A stretch of 64,000 nucleotides of DNA, taken from Glycera tridactyla. Lineage: Eukaryota. Under the pieces are notes generated by a model, which was given only the letters and a program-made list of their open reading frames with translations, did not search any database and was not told the DNA's origin. The position numbers and the translations under genes were made by a program. Location of the stretch: assembly GCA_965644265.1 (NCBI GenBank), contig OZ286459.1:114390001-114454000 (forward strand), given 5' to 3'. Positions 1-11,400 of the stretch are shown here, one piece after another; position 1 is the first letter of the stretch; the number at the start of each line of letters is the position of its first letter.

Positions 1-589
1 GCCTCACTTGATTAATATTGTACCAACATTCTTGAAACTTGGTATACATATGCATCAGTAGTTAGTCAATATTATAGGCATATCTTATTCCATATTCCAT
101 CAAGTATAATTGAGTAATTTTTAGGGAAAAGAAGACTTTTTCATTTGTGAGTTTGGAATTTGAGAAAGCCAGGGCCAATAACTGTCTGCATTGTGTAAGA
201 CTCAGGGAAATGTGCACATGTGCATACATGTATGTGTGGGGGAAGGTGGGGGGGAGTGTGCATGTATGTGTGGGGGTGGGCATAGGTGTGGGTGTGGGCT
301 CAGGAGTGAGGGTGTGTATGCATGTGGTTATGGTTGGGGGGGGGGGGGAGTGGGGATGGATAGCGCAGGTTGATGGAGGTGAGATTTGATCAGATTTCTA
401 CCATTAACAGAGGTAAGTCATAGACATGCCATATTCTGTTGTTGCCATCCTTCTCATCATCATTATGGATTAAGATCCCAATTAGGATTCCAAGTAGTTT
501 TTGTCTGGCCTGCTTTAGCTCTCGCAGGTGGGACATATTGCTCCATGGAGCAGCTTGTTAAAGAGACTGTTTACCTTGTCTTTTGAAAG

Positions 590-802
590 GTTGGTTGGTT
601 CTGGTTCAATATCAAATCAGCTCTGTTTGTGCTATTTTTTCATGCCCATGAAATGGGCGTGGATGGGGTCATTCCAGACTCCTTTTGAGTCCCCAACAGA
701 AGGCGAAAATTTATGAAATTCACAGACACTCATGGTGTAATTTCTATCATCAAAATGTTGACCATGGTGTTACCCTATGAACATGGGATTGATTCACATG
801 CC
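590..802 (-). mobile_element. SINE-like family A copy
   Basis: Reverse-complement match to the multi-copy consensus catgtgaatcaatcccatg...aaatgacacc...cccattgcatgggcgtcacaatatagcacaaatggagctgacgtgacgttaaac, with an (aacc)n tail. Confidence 0.75.
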
Positions 803-1433
803 TCCCGCTGTGTCAGTTTTTTTTTGTCACTGTGTTAGTCAACATGGGATCATTTCAGACATGTATCCAATTGAAAATTTGTGATGACTGCTGTATCCGC
901 TATGAAGTTCGTGGGTAGGGTGGGAGTCCAGGGTTTCTATAGAAGGCAGCCACCAATGGGCGCAGGTCATTTTCTTTGAAGTGTTGCCATCGGGGATGAT
1001 GTGGCCTAGATGTAGCATCATCCCTTCTCTTTTTCTCAATAGTTTTTCGGTGTGGGGGTTGAATGGAAACATACCTTCAAATTTTCTGTCATCTGTCTTT
1101 AGGCAATTTCTACCAAAATTATACTATCACCATGGTTTCTTTCTCTTCACCTCTTTTCTATCACTATATGCTCCTTCTTATTTCTTAAGCGAAATGGTCT
1201 CTGGTGTAGGTAGCTAACGGTTTGCCTGTTGCGGATATTGTCACTATGCAAAAAGCGGGTACCAAGCACACCAGTTCTGGGTTACTAGGGCTGATGACTA
1301 GGTTGCTAGGATGTGTGATGGCATCGTACTGCGAGTATAGGGCAAAAAATATTGTAAAGCTGGTTTGAAGTTGGCAGTTTGTAATTGAACACTTTGGTTG
1401 AGTATTCTCCTAACCTAATGCTTTTCCATGTGT

Positions 1434-1735
1434 CAAGTGCTGCGCTTTGCACAGAAAAAAAGCATTGCTATCAGGCTTGAGTGACAGCTTCCAGCCAGCT
1501 ATATAGTTAGATATGCCATCATAGGTTTATTATGTATATGTTCAGATTAGGTAGAGGTGTGTTTGAACTGTTAGCTACTTCCACTTGACAACCTTTCAGG
1601 TTCCCCATCATCTTGTGTTCAGGATTTGTGAGAGTGATGTCTGCAGGGGAGAGAACATCTAGCTTTCAGGAACACAAGGCATACATAATCCTGTGGGTTG
1701 ATACATGCCGTAAAACCTCAAACAAACAAAAAACG
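1434..1735 (+). mobile_element. Non-LTR/SINE-like family B copy
   Basis: caagtgctgcgct...gaggtgtgtttgaactg...catcatcttgtgttcagg...gggttgatacatgccgtaaaacc plus an (aaac)n tail. Recurs at 3836-4490 (split), 4872-5047, 16810-17122 and, on minus, about 6690-6845. Confidence 0.7.
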
Positions 1736-2550
1736 CTATGAAGTTCTATGCATATCATTATGTGAAAGTTGCTTTCGTCTTACTGGCAGTGTGAGAATTC
1801 ATCATGTACGATGTCTAGTGGTTGTTTTATCATCATCTTCAGAATTTCAGTTATATTCAGAAGTATCTCATTTCATTAAACTTCACCTCCCATGTTAGAA
1901 CCAGGAAGAGAAAGCTGGAATGATAATCTGAAAGTTGAATGAAATTTGGCTGGATGTTCGAAATGAGATATTATTGAGTGTAGGCTTGAAAAAGGAAGTA
2001 TAATCTTGAAAAAAAAAACCTATTCCGTAACCATTGGCGTCAGATTTTGGTTATGTTAAGTTGACTGTCATTAATTGAACATAGTCATGCTCAGGAAGGT
2101 TTTGGGACTTTGTGACCCAAGATCTAGAAATATCATAGGCCATAATGCAATGATGCGACATCTTCTGATCATTAAGGAGGTATTAAGAATGAAAAGGTAG
2201 GGCCAGGCAACTCACCGTGCAAGGTTTGATGGGCCAAAAAAGCAGAAATCGGTCCCTGGCCCACCAGCAATTCGTATCTCTGTTGTTTATGTATCACTTT
2301 TGCCTCATACGACACCCCTTTGTCCGTGATAGTATTTTCAATAGTGAATGACCTCAAGGCCGCCTGCCTACAAAGGTCACTTTTTATGCGACCAAAGGTG
2401 GCCATTTTAGACAGGTTCAACTGTATTGTTCAATTCCTGTGGACATACAAATTAGAAATTGTCGCCTCCGAGAGTCCAATAAGTAACAAAACTACGAGAG
2501 CGGAGATCTCTGCCTTCCCAGCAATTATTCTCTCCGGAACATCGGGAAGA

Positions 2551-2750
2551 AACCCGGTGCGTGCTGACTGAGATTTCAAAGGCTGGTTGTGTGTATGGGA
2601 GTCTGTTCTTGTATGCATGTAAAAGAACCACTGCTATCCTTCGCAGAGTTGGCACAGCCCCCCCCCCCAGAGGCAGTGGTGTCACTTCAGCATTTTCAGT
2701 CTGATATGACCCAAGATGGTTGGAAGGATGTTAAACCCAAACAACCAAAC
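2551..2750 (+). mobile_element. SINE family C (Deu/Nin-domain-like), older copy
   Basis: aaccc..tgc..gactg..at.tcaaaggc ... gcatgtaaaagaaccactgct ... gatgttaaacccaaacaacc. The core resembles the conserved Deu/Nin SINE domain (gcacgttaaaga.cc...aagagtaggg) as I recall it. Confidence 0.65.
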
Positions 2751-2967
2751 ACCGGGAAGGGTTGTGTGAAATGGTCTCTGTCTATCTATCCATCGGTTCA
2801 GAATGACTTGAGACTGGTATCTCTTTAACAGCTGGCAGTGCTGCACTTATTCTCATCAAATTAAGTGGGTAGGGTGGGGGCCTAATGTCTCTTGACAGCC
2901 ACCAATGGACGCAGTCTTGCAATTTGGGATGATGTGGCCTGGCTAGATGTAGCATCATCCCTTCTCT

Positions 2968-3445
2968 TTTTATACCCTGCTCAGGGTATTATAGTTTCAC
3001 CTCCGCCCGGTCACATTTCATGCAATAACTGTGCATTGGCGGGTCCAATTTTCGGAAAACCTTATAACTGTGATCGATATGAAAATCGTATCCCAGAATT
3101 TGATTTTTGTACCCAAAGGTCAAAGGTCAGGATCACGCTAGCTATCTATAGATTTTCTTATTTTACATTCTAACTCGAGCTAGCATTGGTGGATATGCAC
3201 CGAACTTACACAGGGTCTGCCCGGATGTTATTTTCTCACTATAATTGTCCTGCGCTAAGCAAGTGGAAGAAAAATTTGGTCCCATGACTTTTCACTTAAG
3301 ACAGGTTTTACTGTATATTGTTTACACTCACTTGAGCTAGCATTTATGGATGTGCACCAAACTCACACGAAGTAATGAACCAATGTTGGGACATCTCCCT
3401 TTCGATGCATGTGACCCTAGGTCTAATATCAAGGTCACAGAAGCT
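2968..3445 (+). mobile_element. Helentron/HINE (DINE-1-like) non-autonomous insert
   Basis: Interrupts the second copy of the 0.9-kb repeat at a T-run. Begins ttttATACCCTG-ct-CAGGGTAT (8-bp inverted repeat) and contains ggtcaaaggtca modules. Confidence 0.45.
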
Positions 3446-3990
3446 ATTTATTGTGTGAGGGGTTGAATGAAAACATACCTTCAGATTTTCTGTCATCTGT
3501 CTTAAGGCATATTCTACGAAAATCACACTATCACCATGGTTTCTTTTTCTTCAATTTTTTCCATCCCTCTGAGCTCTGTGTTATATTCTCAGCGAAATGG
3601 TCTCAGCTGTAGGTAGCTAACGGTTTGCCTTTAGCAGATATTGTCACTTTGCAAAAAGTAGGTACCAGGCACACCAGTTCTGGGTTACCAGGGCTGCGAC
3701 TGGGTCACTAGGTTGTATGATGGCATTGCACTGTGAGCATAGGACAAACCATATTGTAGGGTTGGTTTGAAGCTGGCGGTTTGTAATTGAACACATTGGT
3801 TGAGTATTCTACAAGCCTAATGCTTTTCTTTGTTTCAAGTGCTGTGCTTTGCTATCAGCTTCCAGTCAGTTACATAATTATATGGCATCATAGGTTTATT
3901 ATGTATATGTAGAGTAGGTGATGGTGTGTCTGGACTGTCAGCTACTCCCACTTGACAACCCTTTCAGGTTTCCCATCATCTTGTGTTCAG

Positions 3991-4334
3991 TTTGTTTGTT
4001 TGTTTGAGTTTAACATCACTTAAACCGCCTTGGGTTATATCGGACTGAAAAACTGAAAATGATGAAGAAAATAGTTCTGGGTTACTAGGGCTGCGACTGG
4101 GTCACTAGGTTGTATGATGGCATTGCACTGTGAGCATAGGGCAAACCATATTGTAAGGTTGGTTTGAAGCTGGCGGTTTGTAATTGAACACATTGGTTGA
4201 GTATTCTACAAGCCTAATGCTTTTCTTTGTTTCTACTCTTTGCGAAAGACAGCGGTGGATCTTTGACGTGCCTAAAGGAAAAGGCTCCTAAATACACGGC
4301 CGGCCTTTGATATCCCAGTCGGCATGCACTGGGT
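3991..4334 (-). mobile_element. SINE family C copy inserted into family B with a target-site duplication; carries an internal 161-bp templated insert
   Basis: TSD tcttgtgttcag at 3979-3990 and 4335-4346; (tttg)n tail at the left end. Confidence 0.85.
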
Positions 4335-5875
4335 TCTTGTGTTCAGGGTTTGTGAGAGTGATGTCCGCAGGGAAGAGAAAATCTAGCTTTCATTAACCCG
4401 AAACACACGACATACATAGCCCTAGGGTTGATACATGTCGTTAAACCGCAAACAAACAAATAAACAAACAAACAAACAAACAAACACCAGATTAACTTCC
4501 GATGAAGTGTCTCAATGTAAAGATGCGCACTGACACGTATTCTGGGCTCTGGGGTGTGATTGACCGCCCGTCGCTTGAAGGGCCTTTGACACTTCAGGAT
4601 GATGTCTTATCGACAGGTGCCTTGCATCGCGTATACCTCGTGATCCATATATGCGGTATTCTGAGAGTACCATGGCTTTTGGAAACAGTTTATTGATAAA
4701 AATACATGGGAGAAAGAGAATACCGTACGTGAAATATCACAACTTTACAACTTCCAGCCGTCTGTGTCCATGAACGATAAGCTGTCAGTCATTCAATCAG
4801 TCAAAATCGAGAATAATGATTGTGTATTACTTATCACAGAATAGCGTTATGAATATATCCTAGACACGTAGCTAGAGGTGTGTCTGAACAGTCAGCTACT
4901 TTCGCCTGACAACCTATCGGGTTCCCCATTATCTTCAGGGATTGTGAGAGAGATATCTGCGGGGGAGAGAACATCTAGCTTCCATCAACAGGAACACACG
5001 GCATACATAACCCTAGGGTTAGACATCAAAGAATCAATCAATCAATCTCCCACAAGATCCGCGTGGCGGGGACATAAGTAGGATCATTGTGTCTTCGATG
5101 GAATGTGTGATGATAGGAAAATCCAGTTATATGATCTCATCAGAAATGCAGCATCCCATGCATATCACAGAAGAGCACTGTGTGCTGATTATTTTGAATT
5201 TTAGATCATGAAAATCGGACCAGAATTAGTGGAGATAGAGCATGGCGTTTATATACAGTTTTAGTAGTTATTAGACAGCCATTAGTGGGTTTCTTTTTCC
5301 ACCAATCCTGGTGAATATCACCTCCGGTCGGTTTCCAGGCATTCCAGGACTCGCTCGATAAGTCAAATCTGTAGAATCCCAACATAATATCACTACGAAA
5401 ATCTGCGATGAGACCCGATCATTTGATGGCTATGTGATGTCTCATAATGTCAGCCTCGTTGAGCTCTGTTTAGCACAAAATTGAGGGCTACCGACCCCGT
5501 CTCAGTTCTCCGGTGTTTATAAAATCCATGAATGTATACCTTCTTTTGGGGACGCAGAAGTATTGAATGACTCACCTTCCGTTTGGGACTCAGAAGGAGT
5601 CTTGGAAGATCCCACCATGCCCATTGCATGGGCGTCACAATATAGCCCAGATGGTGCTGACGTGACGTTAAACCAATCAAGCCCATGCTCATTGCATGGG
5701 CGTCCTGATGAAGCGTAGTTGGTGTTCGCGACCAACCGATCAACTAACCTTGCATCCTTTCAATTCATTTGTTCTCTCCATCGACAAAGAATCCCTCCTC
5801 CCGCTGGCCAAGTGAGCTTATCCTTTGTTTACTACACAATACAGTGGCCAAAATAACAGACGTACGGGAATGACA

Positions 5876-6078
5876 CCATGTGAATCAACCCAATGCTCAC
5901 AGGGTAACACTGTAGTCAACATTTATAACATAAATGACAGCTCAAGTGTCTAAGAATTTCGTGATTTAGCTTTTTGTTAGGGACCCAGATGGATATTGAA
6001 TGATCCCACCCGCGCCCATTGCATGGACGTCACAATATAGCACATAAGGAGCTGACGTGACGTTAAACTCCAACCAAT
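5876..6078 (+). mobile_element. SINE-like family A copy (a partial copy also at about 5571-5680)
   Basis: Colinear with the copies at 14953 and 16381. Confidence 0.75.
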
Positions 6079-7891
6079 CGATCAACATGAGATGAACACC
6101 CAAGTACCCAATATGTGATCTCACTAGTGAAATTTGTGAAACGGATTTATGAAGTCGTATTCTTGTCTTCGTGTCATCTGCCCCATCCGGGGACATTATG
6201 ATAAGGATATCGCTTGTCATACCACAAATACCGCTGAATGCACGATATATACATCTGGGTCACTGTAGGCACTGTCTCCTGCTTTTGGACCATCATAACA
6301 GAAATGACACCTTGAGTGTCTGTGAATTTCATAAATTTACCCCTTCCACTGGGGGCCTGGATGTAACAACAGCAGCAGCAGCAGAGGTAACAACAACAAC
6401 AACAGCAACAACGTCTTGTCGGAAGATACCAGTGGTTAAACCATCTAATTTCCATACCACAAACACCTCTGAATCTACGAGATATATACCAGAGGAACTG
6501 TCTCCTGGTCACGGATATTACCTCGGAGGGTATCAAACGCAAGTTCAGATCATCTATCTTCGGCATAGAATGATCATATCACATTAGGCGGGACTCCATG
6601 ATATTTGAATCGGACTTCGACGTCGTTGAATCAGAGGGCAGTCAGTCAGTCACATCTTTCGGAATACGAAATGACTAATTGATCGGTTAAAGAGCATGCC
6701 CCAAACTGTACGATTATATGTCATGTGTTCCCGATCCCGAAAAGCTGGATGATCTGTCCCCCACTGACACCACTAGACACTTGATGATAGGGAACCAGAA
6801 TGATTGGCAAGTGATAGTAGCTGTTGGTTCACGCACACATCTATAGTCAAACTTGTCCCAAGTATGAGGGCTGGGGACATGATAACCCTGTGCTGAAAGC
6901 AAGTTGTCCATGCTTTGTACAGGTCAATTGTAGTGAGAAATACTCAGAATGGTGTGATGGTTATGCCAAGTTTTTGCAAAGGAAGAACTCAATTGTATCT
7001 CCATAGCGAAAGACAAATTTGAACAGGCATATCTAGTTTTTCTGCTGCCTGAAGAGTGACGGTCGAGTACAGAGCGATAAACAAAGGAAAGCATCACAAA
7101 AAAACGTTTCCTTGTTCTATACTCTCGTTATACAAACATTGGTACTTGAGGTAACATTCACCCATTCTATGATACCCCAAACAAACAGGCGATTACAGGA
7201 TTCAAAGCCCTGAGGTCTCACGTTTTAAAATAGCGAGAGAATCTAGCGAGTCAGTCCGCAAACACAGCTATCATTTTTTATCTGACCAAGAGAGATATCT
7301 ATCTCTGCTCAGGAAAGCACAGGGCATACCCTCCTTATCTACTATCGACACCTTTCTACCCGAATTAGAGCATATGCTGTGATAAGAATCACTGGAATTC
7401 ACAGCCGGTACAACGGAACGGTAATTTCTCAGTGTAGTTCACGTTTGGGTTTTTAGTAGATCTCATACAAGGTAACTATGGAAATGGTGACATTAGCAGC
7501 TGACTGTGGAATTACGCTTAGTCTCCTTTGGCGGTTTACGAGTGTTCAGTTTCTAATCAAGTCTGTTCCTGTAGCACAAATATAGGGATGAAGAAATTGC
7601 CGATCCTGCATTCATATTGATAAGGAAGACTGGGCTTGAAACCTGTCTGTTGCGAGATATCTCGCAAAAATTTGGCCATCCCTCCTGCGTATGTCGCACC
7701 ACAAATGCCACGCAAAAAGAAAAAATCGCCATACCATTCTCCGTAAATTGAGATATATCTAACATGGGATACTTGTGCAGATGAACCAATGTGTCCAGGA
7801 AAAAATCAGGAGCATAGGGCAAGAAATCCCGGGACATTTTGGGGGATGTTCTCATTTGATAAAAAAGGGAACTACTTTTTCCCTCGGCACA

Positions 7892-8469
7892 TCAAAACAC
7901 AGCCGATGCACCGGCTTCAAGATTACGTTCCGTGCTTTTATACATGTCCATTTCCAAGTCAATTGAAGGTTCCTCCTCTTTGGCCTCCACCACCACCATG
8001 AGATCCTCACGTTGTTGGGCCTTTCTTGAAAGACTCTTGAAGCCAAAACGTTGCTTCTTCTTCTTTCTCGGTTTGTCCGCGAGTGGATGTTCCTCAGTAG
8101 CAGCCTCGTAGCCGTCACCATTGTAGGCGTCATTTGATCGGTCACCAGGTGGCGAGTAGTACGATTCTGGTGTCGCTTTCTCGAAACCTCCCCTGGTGAT
8201 TTCCACTGAAGATGACATTTGATCAGCCGCGGCATACACCGGATGGCTTTCATCCACCGGTCTTACAAGCCATTCTTTCAGCAGGTTACGTTGCATGCCA
8301 GTCAAGTCCGATTCTTCACAGACTGTCATGAAGCAGTTCTCTCTAGCGAGTAGGCGGAGAAGCGGCTGTCCCGGAAACACCATTTCTTCAACTTTGGGAT
8401 GACAAATGATGTGTGACATTGGCTTGTAAATTGTACGCGGCAGTCCCACCAGCACAACCATAATATCCG
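7892..8469 (-). CDS. Gene 2 terminal exon 4
   Basis: Acceptor gtttgtctttcag (phase 1), 191 open codons ending in TGA. Lies within ORF 7892-8545. Confidence 0.85.
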
Positions 8470-11400
8470 CTGAAAGACAAACACATCGTTGATTATTATA
8501 AATACATGTCACTATTCTACACAAGAACAACAGACATAACCGCAAACTTGCCGCATCCGATAACTGACCCCGACCCCATCAACAAGCAATCTCAAATGAT
8601 CCCATGATTACGATACCTCATCCAATTGTGCTCATCCTTTGTTTGCCTTCCATATAATCAGAAGAAATGCCAGTCAACCAGACAAGCAGTTACACACAGA
8701 CGGACCATCAAAGAAAACATGTGGGAATCGTAGGGGCAGAGAATTACGAGGGACTCCAATGAATTAACTTCAAGAGAGTTCCAAGAGACGCCCCGGCCAG
8801 ATGAGTCTTGAGGGCAATCTCAGTTGCCAGAAGGACCGCTTGATGCCCATCCCAGGATTGTCCTGGAAACTTTTCAAGAGATCTCCTACAAATCCTCCTC
8901 TGGCAGGAAGTTGGTATCCTGCTTCTCATTACATTCGACATTTATTTGTTGGATAAATGTGTTGATTTCTCTTGAAACTGGACCAGTCTGAACTGGATCA
9001 CAGTCGTTCGTAGGTGGACATATATGATATAGATAAAAATCTACATTCCCTCCTGCTTAAAATGCATGATGAATAACGTGTCAGATTTCAAAGTGTGGTG
9101 CACAGTAACGAAACAAATGAAATCGGAGTTTTTTGTAGGACCCAAGGCGGCCGGAGGTGCCCGAAGGGCGTCGACGGCCGCCGAAGGCGTCCTCGTGTCT
9201 GTAGTACTGTATTCACGATGTGACTGCGGGGCTGTCATTTACGACGCCATCTTTGTTTGGGTGACCTGCAGTCAACAGGTATTCAATTGGCGCTCATGAT
9301 TGGCTTCAGAAGTGATATAGCGGGAAGGACACAGATCCTTCATTCCAATGCCTGAACAATAATTCAAAGAATTAACACAAGGAAGCGAATGTCTCGCGCG
9401 ATCGATTAAATCACTGCCGGTGCGAAAGCACTACCTGGCGGCGATAGGCGGGAACTAGATGAGGCTTGGGCGGAAATTGCCGATCATCGGCGGGAGTACA
9501 CGAATGTCCGGGTCCTACGAATTTTTCATGCGGCTTGCCGCAGTTCTTGTTTGGAAGTGTTTCAATGGAATCCCCAATTGCTGGTCCCAATATAGTCTCA
9601 ACGGAATCCATGATGTATATATGGTGTATAAGTAAGAAGCGAGTTATGTGCCCCATTCGACCTCAGAGGCGGGCATCTGGTGGTGATCTCAGATATGGTG
9701 TTAGCTAGTACATTTGCATGAATGCTTGCATGCACTTCACCCCTACTCCCCCCCCCCCTGCACTTTCGTCATTGACAGACATGAAATCAGCTAGAGAGAA
9801 CCATACAGATGGATTCATGGACGGATGGGCAGGCGTGTGGATGGGCAAATAGAGAGAAACGCGGAACGACAGACAGACAGATAGGCAAACTGTATTGGGC
9901 TTATCACTCACCCCCTGCATCACAGACAGCATCATAGAGACGGTCCAGTTGTCCTTCGTTTTCCGACTCATCTAGGACCTTCTTACCAGGGCAGTGCGTA
10001 GCTACTAGCACAACTTTAGGCACCAGGAAAGCACCATCTTCCAGGTCATTTGCTGACTTGACACAGAATGACTCCAAAGCACAAGCCTCTTCCATCAAAC
10101 TAGCTATCTTCCGTTTAATAGTCTGAATCGCATCTCGATTGTAGCCCGCTACACAGACACTGCGACGTACTTCGAAAAACTGAAATGAATACGGAAGTTG
10201 ATGAACAGATACTCTCTTAGTCAAATTGAAATCGATTGACAACAAAAACAATAGCACCAACATCGACAACTTTAACAACACCGCCAACAAGTTTGACAAG
10301 AAATGACACCTTGAGTCTCTGTGAATTTCATGAATTTTCACCCTCCATTTGGGATCCAGAAGGAGGAGTCTTGGAAAGTCCCACCCATGTTCATTTCATG
10401 AAAGTCGCAATATAGTCCAGATGGTGCTGACATGACGTTAAACAAGAACCAACCAATAAACCTACGGTGATAACAATGAAATTATTATCATAATTATTAT
10501 TATTATTATTATCAATGTAATTATTATTTTTATCATAATGATAATTATGATCATAATAATAGTTATTATTATGATTATTCAGTTCGCTTATTAGTCGTGC
10601 AAAGTATTTGATTCCACGATCATAGTATGATGAATATCTATCTATTGTCCGATTTCAGGACCAGTCCATGAAGCAACAAATCTGAGAGAGTAAGCCAATA
10701 ACATATTAAATGGTAATATGAGACCATATCAGAATACATTACAGGGTCATACACACTATAGGCTATGGTTTCTTCAAGATAATTGCAGGCAAACTGGATT
10801 ATCATTGATCCTCTGTGAAGAATCAGGATGAGGTCAATGCATGTTATCATGTATACATCGCATGCTTCTATTTCACATATACATTGATGATTTCTTTATG
10901 GTACAGCATGAGCTTTGAATGTGTAATGATGAAATTAAAGTCAACGCTTATTAATGACACCTTGTGTCTCTGAATTTCATAAATTTTCACCTTTCCTTTA
11001 GGCCTGAGAGGAGGAGTCTTCCAAGATCCCATCCTTGCCCATTGCTTGCACATGTGTCGCTGACGTGACTTTGAACCAGGACCAGCCAACCAACAAACCC
11101 ACTACGCTGTAAAAGGGATCAACCAAGATACTTGCAGCGCAAACTCGGTTCCAACAACTTACAGTCAGATTCCCACTATTGCCACAACGAACAGCTCGAG
11201 CTTAATGAACTCTACTGAACACTACTGCTCTTCACTGAACTCATGGGTAGTATCGGTTGCTACTCACTGTCTTGTCTATGGGTCCTCTGCGTTTGCCAGA
11301 TGTTGCTGAGACATAATTTCCCCATCTGGAAAGAGAATATTGTGATCTGTCAGAAGGCATTGATTGAAGGGTGCCACGTGTTTTGGTGGTAGCATCTTCA

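Larger units (their letters stand above)
900..4490 (+). repeat. Two diverged copies of a roughly 0.85-kb unit (about 900-1735 and about 2865-4490 with inserts)
   Basis: Colinear blocks such as cagccaccaatgg, gatgtagcatcatcccttctc, tagctaacggtttgcct and gtttgtaattgaacac; roughly 80% identical by eye. Confidence 0.85.

Noticed and set aside
7960-8010. DLMVVVEAK resembles a PD-(D/E)xK nuclease motif
   Set aside because: An isolated motif in a disordered tail with no surrounding fold pattern.
8700-9700. Possible extra or death-domain-like exons in gene 2 intron 3
   Set aside because: Multiple stops in the phase-compatible frames, and exons 3 and 4 already join in frame.
9970-10020. VVLVATH resembles the Roc GTPase G4 motif of DAPK/ROCO proteins
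   Set aside because: No P-loop GxxxxGK[ST], no WDFxG and no COR domain in the reconstructed protein; it is better read as an ordinary parallel beta strand.
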